Source: an uncultured Rhodobacteraceae bacterium
GTDB taxonomy: Bacteria; Pseudomonadota; Alphaproteobacteria; Rhodobacterales; Rhodobacteraceae
NCBI GenBank assembly: GCA_947493255.1
Contig: CANLQK010000005.1
Coordinates: 277,078-341,077, forward strand
Reading direction: 5' to 3'
Length of the DNA: 64,000 nt
Shown: piece after piece, positions 1 through 9,488 of the stretch
How positions within the stretch are numbered: position 1 is the first letter of the stretch
Layout of the letters: the number at the start of each line of letters is the position of its first letter
Translations under genes and position numbers: made by a program
The notes under the pieces: model-generated
Told to the model about the DNA's origin: nothing
Seen by the model: only the letters and a program-made list of their open reading frames with translations
The model's database searches: none

Positions 1-70
1 CGTTGCGCGCACCTAACACTGAATGAAATCTGCGAAAGTTCTTGTTAGGATTTGCTACCCATTGACTAAT

Positions 71-87
71 CCGACTAAATCAATCAG
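71..87. promoter_or_regulatory. Iron-Rhodo box (putative IscR/RirA-like iron-responsive operator)
   Basis: CCGACTAAATCAATCAG matches the Rhodobacteraceae Iron-Rhodo consensus CTGACTRAWTYAGTCAG at 15/17 positions and lies directly upstream of the small ORF-hemP pair. Confidence 0.75.
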
Positions 88-154
88 GTATAAGATTATC
101 GAGTCTTAGCCAACCTTTTGGTCAGCCCGGACCTCTTCTGTCGGGAGACGTTTG

Positions 155-307
155 ATGCATGTGTTGATGGAAATGGAAGCGGCAAGTTCGCCATGCACAA
201 GAGATAAGCTCGCCCCAAGAGAGGTTTTGGAAAAGTTGTTTTCTGATCATGGGTCTGTGTCTGAGGTTCTTGAACCTTTGTTGGACCATCTGGAGCGAAA
301 ACTGTGA
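155..307 (+). CDS. Small hypothetical protein, 50 aa (MHVLMEMEAASSPCTRDKLAPREVLEKLFSDHGSVSEVLEPLLDHLERKL)
   Basis: Translated by hand (below the ORF-track length cutoff). GGGAG SD at 143-147, ATG at 155, TGA at 305-307 ending 2 nt before the hemP ATG. Confidence 0.55.
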   Translation: MHVLMEMEAASSPCTRDKLAPREVLEKLFSDHGSVSEVLEPLLDHLERKL

Positions 308-309
308 AT

Positions 310-477
310 ATGATGACACCCTGCCCGCAATCGATTGACGCCAGTAGTCTACCTAAACTCGCGACTTACAACGCTAGGGAATTGGTAAACACTGGCTCTA
401 AAGCATGTATCGTTTTGGACGACCAAACCTACTATTTGAGGATCACTCGAGCTGGCAAACTCATTCTGACAAAGTAG
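310..477 (+). CDS. hemP: Hemin uptake protein HemP, 55 aa
   Basis: Hand translation MMTPCPQSIDASSLPKLATYNARELVNTGSKACIVLDDQTYYLRITRAGKLILTK ends in the HemP/HmuP signature Y-x-LR-x-TRAGKLILTK. Not in the ORF track. Confidence 0.92.
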   Translation: MMTPCPQSIDASSLPKLATYNARELVNTGSKACIVLDDQTYYLRITRAGKLILTK

Positions 478-562
478 TCAATTGAGTAGGCCCAGCCAAC
501 TCAGGCAACGAAGTCTGTTTCCAAAAGCAAGGCCACCTTAGATTCCAATAACGCCAGATTCA

Positions 563-593
563 AAAAGGCCCCACCAATTTGGTAGGGCCTTTT
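563..593. terminator. Bidirectional intrinsic terminator between hemP and the ABC substrate-binding gene
   Basis: AAAAGGCCC...GGGCCTTTT inverted repeat with A/T tails on both sides, between convergent genes. Confidence 0.8.
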
Positions 594-615
594 CTCAATT
601 TTGGATCTAGCTATC

Positions 616-2166
616 TTAGGCGACAGACCACCGTTCAGCCATACGAGCGTTATCCATCTGCCACAGATTACCTACTGTGTCTGGGCTGTAGATACGGTTG
701 TTAACGGCCTGAACATAGTTCGCAAACATTGGGATCAGAACACCGCCTTCGTCACGCAGAATTTGCTGCATTTCGAAATACTGTTCACGGCGCTTATCGC
801 TATCCAATTCAGCACGAGCACTAAGTAGTAACTCCTGGAATCGTGCACTATCGTCACTATCCCACTGGCTGTCGTTCCAAGGCACACCTTCTTCGTATGC
901 AGTCGCGAACATCCAATCTTCTGTTGCGCGGCCTGACCAATAACAAGCACAGAACGGCTTGTTCGCCCAAACGTTTGACCAGTAACCATCTGCAGGTTCC
1001 TGAATCACATTGATGTTGATGCCGCCGGCTGCTGCTGAGGCCTGGAACAATTGACCTGCATCAACAGCGCCCTCGAATGCTGCATTCGACGCAGAGAAAT
1101 CGATGTCGAGGCTATCAAGTCCAGCTTGCTGAAGATAGAATTTTGCTTGATCAGGATCGTATTCCAGCTGCTCCATTTCGGAGTGATAATACTGGTTAGC
1201 TGGACCGATGGGCGTGTCGTTACCAACAGCGCCGTGGCCCAAAAGAATCTTGTCGACCAATTCTTGACGGTTGATTCCGTACTTCAGCGCTTTGCGTACA
1301 TTGACGTCGTTGAAAGGAGAAACGTCAGTTAGCATTGGCATGGAATAGTGCTGGTTGCCCGTCACTTCCTGAATGCGCAGCGCTGGGTTGGCTTTCAGCA
1401 GGCTTTCAGTTTTGAAATCGATCCGGTTGATCGTGTCGACCTGACCGGTCATCAATGCATTCATCCGAGCCGTGTTGTCGTTAATTGCGATGTATTCAAT
1501 CTCGCTAAAGAAACCAGCACCGTCGCCTTTATAGTGACCTTCGTAACGGCTGGCTGTCATACGTACGCCTGGGTCGAATGACTCGACTTTGTACAAACCT
1601 GTACCGATACCTTGTGCGATTGCCTCTTCAATTTGGCCCGCCGGGTACATCACGATATGATAGTCAGACATCAGATATGGGAAGTCTGCATTTCCAGCTG
1701 CGAGAACGAATTCGACTTGGTAGTCGCTCAGCTTGTTCATTTCTGAAATAGCTTCAACAATTGGTTTCGCGGCCGATTTGGATTCTTCGCCAACGTGCAT
1801 CTGAAGTGATTCAATCACGTCGTCAGCACCAAATGATTTACCATTGTGGAATGTTACTCCCTGACGGAGATTGAACGTCCAAGTTTTCGCATCTGCAGAA
1901 GCTTCCCAGCTTTCAGCCAATTCACCAACCAATGATCCATCAGCTGCGACTTCGGTTAGGCAATCGAAAACTGCACCGTGGCACGACGCGATCATAAAAA
2001 TGTCCGAGTGTGTACGCGCGTCCCAGCTGTCGGATGTGTTTGCACCACCCAGACCGGCAGTCAGTTTTCCGCCAGCTGTTTGTGCGCGAAGCGGCAACCC
2101 TGTTGCAGCAAGAACACCTGCTGCAGCACCGGTTTGCAGTAAACCACGTCTGCTAATTCCATACAT
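616..2166 (-). CDS. Peptide/nickel ABC transporter substrate-binding protein (family 5, DppA/OppA-like), Tat signal
   Basis: N-terminal SRRGLL twin-arginine motif; LAESWEAS..KTWTFNLRQGVTFHNG family-5 SBP signature. Confidence 0.9.
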   Translation of the reverse strand: MYGISRRGLLQTGAAAGVLAATGLPLRAQTAGGKLTAGLGGANTSDSWDARTHSDIFMIASCHGAVFDCLTEVAADGSLVGELAESWEASADAKTWTFNLRQGVTFHNGKSFGADDVIESLQMHVGEESKSAAKPIVEAISEMNKLSDYQVEFVLAAGNADFPYLMSDYHIVMYPAGQIEEAIAQGIGTGLYKVESFDPGVRMTASRYEGHYKGDGAGFFSEIEYIAINDNTARMNALMTGQVDTINRIDFKTESLLKANPALRIQEVTGNQHYSMPMLTDVSPFNDVNVRKALKYGINRQELVDKILLGHGAVGNDTPIGPANQYYHSEMEQLEYDPDQAKFYLQQAGLDSLDIDFSASNAAFEGAVDAGQLFQASAAAGGININVIQEPADGYWSNVWANKPFCACYWSGRATEDWMFATAYEEGVPWNDSQWDSDDSARFQELLLSARAELDSDKRREQYFEMQQILRDEGGVLIPMFANYVQAVNNRIYSPDTVGNLWQMDNARMAERWSVA

Positions 2167-2212
2167 ATTTAGTACTCCCTGAAGTTATGGCGCTTATCTT
2201 ACGCCGATTCGG

Positions 2213-3856
2213 TTACATCTTATCAACAGCAGCATCACCGATGTTGTCGACACCCCGTTCTTTTAGCAGGTCATTCAACCAGTCAGGGTCCATTTCAGGC
2301 ACCGAACTTAGCAGAAGATCTGTGTAGGCATGGTGCGGCGGGGAAAACATTTCTGTTTTTGGTCCCTGTTCCACCACAATACCATCCTTCATTACCACAA
2401 CCTCGTCTGCGATTGACTTCACAGTCGCAAGATCATGGGTAATAAACATGTAAGACAGACCAAGTTTGTCCTGTAGGTCAGCCAACAATCTCAAAATTCC
2501 TTCGGCAACCAATTGATCGAGCGCCGAGGTAACTTCGTCGCAGATAATAAATTTTGGTTCGGCCGCCAGTGCGCGGGCTATTCCGACCCGCTGTTTTTGG
2601 CCACCGGACAATTCAGAAGGTAAACGGTTATAATATTGTGACGGTTCTAACTCGATTTGATCAAGCAACTCGTTAACACGTTCGCGGCGCTGCGTACCTT
2701 TCAATCCGCCGTAAAACTCTACGGGGCGGCCTATGATTTGGCCAATCGTCTTACGCGGGTTCAGCGCCGTGTCGGCCATTTGGTAAATCATCTGTGCCTG
2801 ACGCAATTGGTCTTTAGTGCGCTTTCGATAATCCAACGGCAACACCTGACCATCAAATGAAATCTCGCCCTTCCGTGGTGGCAACAAGCCTGTAATGCAG
2901 CGCGCCGTCGTCGACTTGCCAGATCCAGATTCACCAACGACGGCTACCGTGCGACCAGCATGGATGTCAAAACTGACATCGTGCAAAACATCCGCTGTCC
3001 CATAGGCGGCTGTGACTCCGCGAACGGACACCACAGGAACGGCACCGTCAGGCACGGCCTCTTTCTCTGGGCGCTTAAACTCGCGAACCGCCCAAAGCGA
3101 CTTTGTGTAATCTTCTTTCGGAGCAGAAAGCATTGTGCGTGTATCAGATTCTTCAACCTCATCACCGCGCAAAAGGACCTTAATTTTGTCGGCCATCTGC
3201 GCCACAACCGCGAGGTCATGCGTGATGTAAATTGCGGCCGTGTCAAACTCTTCTACAATTTGCCGAATCGACGCCAAGACTTCGATCTGTGTAGTCACAT
3301 CCAGAGCCGTTGTTGGTTCATCAAAAATGATCAGGTCTGGGCGACAAGACATCGCCATAGCTGTCATCGCCCGTTGCAATTGACCACCAGAAACCTGGTG
3401 CGGATACCTAAACCCGATCTCATCGGGATTAGGCAAACGCAGTTTTCTGTAAAGTTCGACCCCATCTTCCATGCTGTTTGAACGACTAGAAACACCATGT
3501 TGAACAGGGCCTTCAGTGTGTTGATCAATCAACTTATGTGCAGGGTTAAAAGACGCAGCGGCGGATTGAGCAACATAAGCAATCCGCTTCCCCAACAGAC
3601 CCCGCTTTAAAGCCGCTGATGCGTTGACCAAATCGACACCGTCGAATTCGACAGACCCGTCTGAAATTCGAACACCGTCACGGGTGTATCCCATCGCAGC
3701 TAATCCAATAGTGGATTTACCGGCACCGGATTCACCAATAAGGCCTAGGACTTCACCCTTCTTAAGCTCAAGATCGACCCCATTGATGATCGGGGTCCAA
3801 GTCTCATCAGACCTACCTTCGATCTTTAGGCCCTTGATGGTGAGAAGATTACTCAT
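2213..3856 (-). CDS. Peptide ABC transporter ATP-binding protein, fused double NBD (DppD/DppF-like)
   Basis: Two Walker A motifs (GESGAGKS, GESGSGKS), signatures VSGGQ and LSGGQ, two ITHD H-loops. Confidence 0.92.
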   Translation of the reverse strand: MSNLLTIKGLKIEGRSDETWTPIINGVDLELKKGEVLGLIGESGAGKSTIGLAAMGYTRDGVRISDGSVEFDGVDLVNASAALKRGLLGKRIAYVAQSAAASFNPAHKLIDQHTEGPVQHGVSSRSNSMEDGVELYRKLRLPNPDEIGFRYPHQVSGGQLQRAMTAMAMSCRPDLIIFDEPTTALDVTTQIEVLASIRQIVEEFDTAAIYITHDLAVVAQMADKIKVLLRGDEVEESDTRTMLSAPKEDYTKSLWAVREFKRPEKEAVPDGAVPVVSVRGVTAAYGTADVLHDVSFDIHAGRTVAVVGESGSGKSTTARCITGLLPPRKGEISFDGQVLPLDYRKRTKDQLRQAQMIYQMADTALNPRKTIGQIIGRPVEFYGGLKGTQRRERVNELLDQIELEPSQYYNRLPSELSGGQKQRVGIARALAAEPKFIICDEVTSALDQLVAEGILRLLADLQDKLGLSYMFITHDLATVKSIADEVVVMKDGIVVEQGPKTEMFSPPHHAYTDLLLSSVPEMDPDWLNDLLKERGVDNIGDAAVDKM

Positions 3857-5055
3857 TCTTTCAACCCTGACGTTTTATGCAGCATCCAGTCGACCACGAA
3901 ATTAACGCCAACAGTCAGCAAAGCGATCGCACCGGCGGCCAGCAATGGCGCAACGGCTGCAGTTGGTGCGAAAGCAGCAAAGTTAATGAATGGTGCAAGG
4001 TCGCGAACCATCGTGCCCCAATCAGCAAGCGGTGGTTGAATTCCCACACCCAAAAACGACAGAGCCGCAATCATCAAGAATACAAAACAGAACCGCAAAC
4101 CGAACTCAGCAAGTAGCGGCGCCATTGCGTTGGGCAAGATCTCTTTGAACACAAGGTAACCCAAACCTTCGCCCCGCAATTTCGCGGCTTCAATATAGTC
4201 CATTACAACGATGCTTTGGCCAACGGCACGGGCCAATCGGTAAACCCTTGTGCTGTCAATCAAAGCAATGATCAGCACCATGAAAATCGTTAACGGGATG
4301 CCAAGTTTATTGGCCCAGACACTAGCAATGGTCATCAACAAAAGAGCAAAAATCAGCGACGGGATCGCCATCAACACATCGACACCCCGGGAAAGAAGCT
4401 GATCCAACCACCCCTGCAAAGTTGCCGCTAGAAACCCAAGTGAACCGCCAATAAAGAATGCCAAACATGTCGTAACGAAAGCAATGCCCACCGTATTCTG
4501 TGCACCAAAAATCAGCCGGCTTAGGATATCGCGGCCGATTTGATCCGTACCCAATGGGTATTCCGGATTTCCGCCCAGCGCTGGATCACCGCCTGCAACC
4601 ACATTGGCTGCACCTAAAATTTCGGCCTGACCATAAGGCGCGATCGCGCCAGCAAAAACCGCTACAAATGCATAAATCAGTATAACGAGAATGCCAAAGG
4701 ACGCGGTTAGCGGCATGGACCGAAACAATTTACGCGTTCCAGCCGTTCCTACATGGCGCCCCAATAGGCGGAAAAGAAAAGCGGCAACCGCGGCAATGAT
4801 GAACCCTTGAACAGCCCAGCGGAAAAACACGACGCCGGCATTAGGAACGCCCGTTTCCAGAACTTTAGGTTGGAAATAATACCAAATGGCCCAAACCAGT
4901 ATTGCGGCCCCTAAAACGTAACCAAACGCCACGCCGAAGCCCATATCTCGGAAAGTTGGCGCGTTCTTCGTTACCGCTTGCCCTGCAACACGAAACACAT
5001 ACGCGCCTAACAAAAGTGCGGCCAAAACAATCGCGAAACCCATTATGCCGCTCAT
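3853..5055 (-). CDS. Peptide ABC transporter permease (DppC-like) with extra N-terminal TM segments
   Basis: LGTDQIGRDILSRLIFGA and EAAKLRGE EAA loop; about 110 hydrophobic residues precede the DppC core. Confidence 0.88.
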   Translation of the reverse strand: MSGIMGFAIVLAALLLGAYVFRVAGQAVTKNAPTFRDMGFGVAFGYVLGAAILVWAIWYYFQPKVLETGVPNAGVVFFRWAVQGFIIAAVAAFLFRLLGRHVGTAGTRKLFRSMPLTASFGILVILIYAFVAVFAGAIAPYGQAEILGAANVVAGGDPALGGNPEYPLGTDQIGRDILSRLIFGAQNTVGIAFVTTCLAFFIGGSLGFLAATLQGWLDQLLSRGVDVLMAIPSLIFALLLMTIASVWANKLGIPLTIFMVLIIALIDSTRVYRLARAVGQSIVVMDYIEAAKLRGEGLGYLVFKEILPNAMAPLLAEFGLRFCFVFLMIAALSFLGVGIQPPLADWGTMVRDLAPFINFAAFAPTAAVAPLLAAGAIALLTVGVNFVVDWMLHKTSGLKE

Positions 5056-6041
5056 TTAGGATGCCTCAGACGTGGGTTGGACAGAATGGACAAGATATCC
5101 GCTGTCAGGTTCAACAGAATATATGCCGCTGCAAAAATCAGGCAGCAGGCCTGAACAACTGGGATGTCGCGAATTTTCACGCTGTCAACAAAGAGTTGTC
5201 CAATGCCGGGATAGACAAACACAACCTCAACAACAACCACACCGGTAATCAGGTACGCAAGGTTCAGCGCGATAACGTTTATGATTGGGGCCAAGGCATT
5301 TGGAAGGGCATGCTTCACGATAACCCGCATTGGTGACAAACCCTTCAATCGTGCCATTTCAATATACGGGGATGCGAGTAAATTGATGATCGCTGCGCGC
5401 GTCATTCTCATCATATGGGCCGTGACCACTAAAGTCAGTGTCAACGCAGGCAACATGGATTTTTCCAACCTTTCGGAAAAAGGCATACCATCAAAGATGT
5501 TCGAAAGGCTCGGGAAGATCGGATTAAGAACCGCCAGAAACAAAATCAACACATAGGCCATGAAAAATTCTGGACTGGAAATGGAGCTAAGCGTGAAGAT
5601 ATTCGCCGCTCGGTCAAATGCTGTGTTGCGATACAGCGCCGCAAGAATGCCGAGTGTCACGGCAAGTGGTACAGCAATACATGCGGTCACTGTCGCTAGA
5701 AACATTGTATTCGCCAAACGCGGGGCAATCTGGTCGGCGACAGTCACTGTTCCCGCACCGCCTAACGAATTAGCAAAGTTCAGTTGTGCGAAGCTTGTCC
5801 CCAAATCTAACGTCACCATTCCGCCAAACCATTGGAAGTATCGCACGATCATCCCTTGGTCCAACCCGAGATCCTCCCGGATCTTCGCCACAGACTCTGG
5901 CGTTGCACCTTGCCCTAAAATCGCCTCTGCGAAATCACCTGGCAGCAGATTTACTGCAACAAAAATAACGATGGAGACTACAAAGAGTGTAACCAATCCA
6001 AGCCCTAGACGTTGAAAAATAATCCGTAAAAGCGATGACAA
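5052..6041 (-). CDS. Peptide ABC transporter permease (DppB-like)
   Basis: LLPGD..., LGLDQ, YIEMARLKGLS...KHALPNAL motifs; TTG start. Confidence 0.9.
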   Translation of the reverse strand: MSSLLRIIFQRLGLGLVTLFVVSIVIFVAVNLLPGDFAEAILGQGATPESVAKIREDLGLDQGMIVRYFQWFGGMVTLDLGTSFAQLNFANSLGGAGTVTVADQIAPRLANTMFLATVTACIAVPLAVTLGILAALYRNTAFDRAANIFTLSSISSPEFFMAYVLILFLAVLNPIFPSLSNIFDGMPFSERLEKSMLPALTLTLVVTAHMMRMTRAAIINLLASPYIEMARLKGLSPMRVIVKHALPNALAPIINVIALNLAYLITGVVVVEVVFVYPGIGQLFVDSVKIRDIPVVQACCLIFAAAYILLNLTADILSILSNPRLRHPK

Positions 6042-6116
6042 GTTAGCAGACCCCTGATTTCTTGAGATCAGCGTAGCGGGTTATCCTCAGCAATCAACCC
6101 GAATGGTGAAAAACTC

Positions 6117-7103
6117 TCAATTTCCAGCAATTTTGGAGTGACCAATGGAATTCATACGTTGAACAAGCTCGGTGGAAATACCCTTTTCAGATAATGCATG
6201 CCCCGCTTTGCCTATCATCACCAATTTACTGGCAGGCCACTGGGTCGCGAGGGTGTATGCTGACACTGGCGGGCAAATCATGTCGTACCGTCCCTGTACA
6301 ATAACCCCAGGAATGTGTGCGATTTTGTGCATGTTCTTCAGAATCTGCTGATCTGTGCTCAAAAAACATCCATTGGAAAAATAGTGATTTTCGAGACGTG
6401 CAAAGGCGCGCGCATATTCTGCGGGGCCGGCACCACCTGGCCCGTCATTATCTATTGAGGCAAGGGCATTTTCCCAACTCGACCAAGCGCGGGCATAGCG
6501 AGTTTCAATTGTGGCATCCCCTGAAAAAAGGCGTCGGTGGTACGCCGCAATCATATCGTGACGTTCGTCTTCGGGAATAAGTCCGGAAAACTGTTGCCAA
6601 AGATCAGGCCAAAATGCTCCTGCTCCACCTTGGTAGAACCAATCCAATTCGCGCTTGGTTGACAAAAACACACCACGCAATACCAGATGAGAGACCCATT
6701 CAGGATGTGCCTGAGCATAGATCAGCGCCAAAGTTGCGCCCCAGCTACCGCCAAATACAATCCAATTTTCAACACCAACAGTTTTCCGAATGAGTTCGAT
6801 GTCAGAAACTAAATGCCAAGTTGTGTTAGCTGTTACACTTGCGTGCGGACGAGATCGCCCGCATCCACGCTGATCAAACAGGATGACACGGAAAATGTTT
6901 GGGTCGAAATATCGCCGCATCATGGGGCTGCAACCGCCACCGGGTCCCCCATGTAATACGACAACAGGAAGCCCATTCGGGTTTCCGCATTGTTCGACAT
7001 AAATCGAGTGTCCATCGCCTACGTCCAACATTCGCTGGTCAAATGGGTCGATTGGGGGGTAAAGATGCCCCCCCGTGCGGTTTTGTCCTGAGGCCTTGTC
7101 CAT
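6117..7103 (-). CDS. pip: Prolyl aminopeptidase (proline iminopeptidase)
   Basis: HGGPG, DQRGCGRS, GGSWG nucleophile elbow and VQGRYD motifs. Start refined to MDKASG (the ORF track begins at 7160). Confidence 0.92.
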   Translation of the reverse strand: MDKASGQNRTGGHLYPPIDPFDQRMLDVGDGHSIYVEQCGNPNGLPVVVLHGGPGGGCSPMMRRYFDPNIFRVILFDQRGCGRSRPHASVTANTTWHLVSDIELIRKTVGVENWIVFGGSWGATLALIYAQAHPEWVSHLVLRGVFLSTKRELDWFYQGGAGAFWPDLWQQFSGLIPEDERHDMIAAYHRRLFSGDATIETRYARAWSSWENALASIDNDGPGGAGPAEYARAFARLENHYFSNGCFLSTDQQILKNMHKIAHIPGVIVQGRYDMICPPVSAYTLATQWPASKLVMIGKAGHALSEKGISTELVQRMNSIGHSKIAGN

Positions 7104-7176
7104 ATTCGACCTATATATCGCGTAATTGCCCTTGCCCAGAAAATGGTCGGCAAAGTCCAAACTTTCGGAGACTACG

Positions 7177-7923
7177 ATGCAAAATGTTCAATCCACAGTC
7201 GACCCAAACGAAGTCGCAAAGTTCGAAGCTATGGCCGCCGAATGGTGGGACTTAGAAGGAAAGTTCAAGCCTCTACATATGCTTAACCCCACACGGCTGG
7301 ACTACATCACCTCGCAGATAGCATCTGAATTTGACCGCGATCTCAAGACCAATGCGCCCTTTGAAGGACTGCGAATTTTGGACATTGGTTGTGGAGGTGG
7401 GTTGCTGTGCGAACCTATGGCCCGTTTAGGTGCTGAGATTGTTGGTGCAGACGCCGCAGCAGGAAATATCCCTGTTGCAATGGTACATGCCAAGCAATCT
7501 GGCCTAAACATCGACTACAGGCATACAACAGCAGAAGACATGGCCGCAGCACACGAACGGTTTGACGTGGTTCTTAATATGGAAGTCGTCGAACATGTTG
7601 CGGATCCGCTTAACTTTCTAACAGCCTGCCAACAACTCTTGAAACCGAACGGACTGCACATTTGTTCGACAATCAACCGGAATCCAAAGAGCTTTGCGAT
7701 GGCCATCGTCGGCGCTGAATTCATTATGCGCTGGCTTCCCAAAGGTACCCATGAATTTGAAAAGTTCATAACACCAGACGAGTTGTTCGATCTTTTACGT
7801 CAAGCTGGATTGGACCCAGTTGATCGCAAAGGATTTAAGTTTGATTTCCTAGGGTGGAGCTGGTCCATTTCGGACAAGGACCTATCAGTGAACTACGTCA
7901 CAGCTGCATTGAAGCCGGCTTAG
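7177..7923 (+). CDS. ubiG: Ubiquinone biosynthesis O-methyltransferase
   Basis: [25 protein letters not shown] motif, MEVVEHV. Start at MQNVQS with a GGAG SD. Confidence 0.95.
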   Translation: MQNVQSTVDPNEVAKFEAMAAEWWDLEGKFKPLHMLNPTRLDYITSQIASEFDRDLKTNAPFEGLRILDIGCGGGLLCEPMARLGAEIVGADAAAGNIPVAMVHAKQSGLNIDYRHTTAEDMAAAHERFDVVLNMEVVEHVADPLNFLTACQQLLKPNGLHICSTINRNPKSFAMAIVGAEFIMRWLPKGTHEFEKFITPDELFDLLRQAGLDPVDRKGFKFDFLGWSWSISDKDLSVNYVTAALKPA

Positions 7924-8360
7924 GAGTCTTGAAGTTTCAATCGTAATTCACGCATCACAGGTAAAATTGCACGGACTTTATCGTGTCCGATTTGATCAAC
8001 CGCACTGGCAATAATTGGAGCAATTGCAGCCAAAGCTGCATCGCGCGCAGACTTCCCCGAAGGGCTAATCGCCACCATTTTGCGCCTAGCGTCATCCCAA
8101 TCGGGTCTGATGTGAACAAATCCTGATGCTTCAAGCTTTCGCAATGTATTCGTCATAGCGCCACGCGTAAGGTGAAAGGTTTGTGCAAGTTGTGCCGGTG
8201 TCCGTTCAGTTTGGGTATGTGCTAAATGGTTCAGGACCGAAAAATGAGATAGCTCCATGCCACGCGGTAATGCTTTGGCGACGTTATTTCGCGCCAACTG
8301 ATCAACGGTCAGGATTTCGCTAAAAAGCGCGACTGCAAGGCTATCTGTTTGCTGGTTCAT
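7920..8360 (-). CDS. MarR family transcriptional regulator
   Basis: HTH region [24 protein letters not shown] and wing D..DARRK. Start uncertain (8360 or 8390). Confidence 0.85.
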   Translation of the reverse strand: MNQQTDSLAVALFSEILTVDQLARNNVAKALPRGMELSHFSVLNHLAHTQTERTPAQLAQTFHLTRGAMTNTLRKLEASGFVHIRPDWDDARRKMVAISPSGKSARDAALAAIAPIIASAVDQIGHDKVRAILPVMRELRLKLQDS

Positions 8361-9204
8361 TTGTTTCGGGGCCACTGAAATCTCTGTCATGTGTTAACGC
8401 TGGAATGCGTTCCCGTGCTTTAGACACTTCTACGACGTCAAGATCAACGATCCTGATATTTTGGGGTTCAGTTGCGTCAACGCCAAGGTCCAACAAAACT
8501 TCACCCCAAGGTGACACAATAAGGCTATGGCCGTATGTTTGGCGGCCCTTTCCTACGCTCGCCTTGTGCAAACCCGTTTGCGCGGCGGCAATAACATAGC
8601 AACCCGTTTCAATTGCTCGCGCTTGCAGAAGGGGCTTCCAATGCGCAACACCAGTGATCGGAGAAAACGCTGACGGAACCAACAACACCTGCGCACCAGC
8701 TTTAGCAAGGGCCCGATGAAGATGTGGAAATCGGACATCATAACATATCGTCAGCCCAACGTTGGCGAACCCTGCATTTGCGACTACCGCTCGTGAGCCT
8801 GGCGCATATCCCGAAGACTCGAAATAGGTCTCCGCCTCATTAACCTGCACATCGAACATATGAATTTTGTCGTATCGCGCCACAATTTCCCCAAGTGGCG
8901 AGATCAAGAATGATCGATTTATGAACCGCCCATTCGCGCCACCTTTCAGCGCCAACGACCCAATCGATACCCAAGCCGAGTGCCGCTTTGCCGCTGCACA
9001 GATCCCGATCAACGTTTGATCGTCTTCCTCATATTCTAGGACCGCACCCTGATGTGCGCGGTCCATGCTAACACAGTTCGTCACTTCGGGTGTGCAAATG
9101 AACTGGGCGCCTTGTTGGATTGCCTCAGCGATAAGACCAAGGACAGTCGCAAGATTTTCCGTCGGATCATCCGAGGATGTTAATTGAAGAAGTGCAGTTT
9201 TCAC
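8341..9204 (-). CDS. Carbon-nitrogen hydrolase (Nit1-like, probable deaminated-glutathione amidase)
   Basis: Catalytic triad contexts TPE, YDKIHMFD and ICYD; GTG start overlapping the grxC stop. Confidence 0.88.
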   Translation of the reverse strand: MKTALLQLTSSDDPTENLATVLGLIAEAIQQGAQFICTPEVTNCVSMDRAHQGAVLEYEEDDQTLIGICAAAKRHSAWVSIGSLALKGGANGRFINRSFLISPLGEIVARYDKIHMFDVQVNEAETYFESSGYAPGSRAVVANAGFANVGLTICYDVRFPHLHRALAKAGAQVLLVPSAFSPITGVAHWKPLLQARAIETGCYVIAAAQTGLHKASVGKGRQTYGHSLIVSPWGEVLLDLGVDATEPQNIRIVDLDVVEVSKARERIPALTHDRDFSGPETNEPANR

Positions 9205-9458
9205 GCGGCTAGTATTGGGTCCAATTTTCCAGCGCGGTCAAGCAAATGAAGGTCATCGCTACCGCCGATGTGTTCGTCATTGATGAAAATCTGTGGGACG
9301 GTTCTGCCCCCATTGGCACGTTGCATCATTTCAGCACGGCGTTCTGGTTCAGCTGCGACATCAACTTCGACGAAGCTAACACCTTTACTTGTCAAAAGAC
9401 GTTTAGCAGCATGGCAATAGCCACACAGCGGTGAGGTATAGATTTCAATGGTAGCCAT
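9201..9458 (-). CDS. grxC: Glutaredoxin 3
   Basis: CGYC active site, RTVPQIFI, IGGSDDL; AAGGA SD upstream of MATIE. Confidence 0.93.
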   Translation of the reverse strand: MATIEIYTSPLCGYCHAAKRLLTSKGVSFVEVDVAAEPERRAEMMQRANGGRTVPQIFINDEHIGGSDDLHLLDRAGKLDPILAA

Positions 9459-9488
9459 TGGGGACATTCCTTTTTCAACACACGCTAT

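Noticed and set aside
122-319. ORF-track 65-aa minus-strand ORF
   Set aside because: It is antisense to the better-supported + strand 50-aa ORF/hemP pair and has no SD or recognisable motif.
483-542. Possible 19-codon TTG-start ORF after hemP (LSRPSQLRQRSLFPKARPP)
   Set aside because: No SD, very short and no motif; cannot be supported.
6042-6116. Two short inverted repeats between pip and the first permease
   Set aside because: Weak stems without a U-tract; cannot be called terminators, and they do not fit the Iron-Rhodo spacing.
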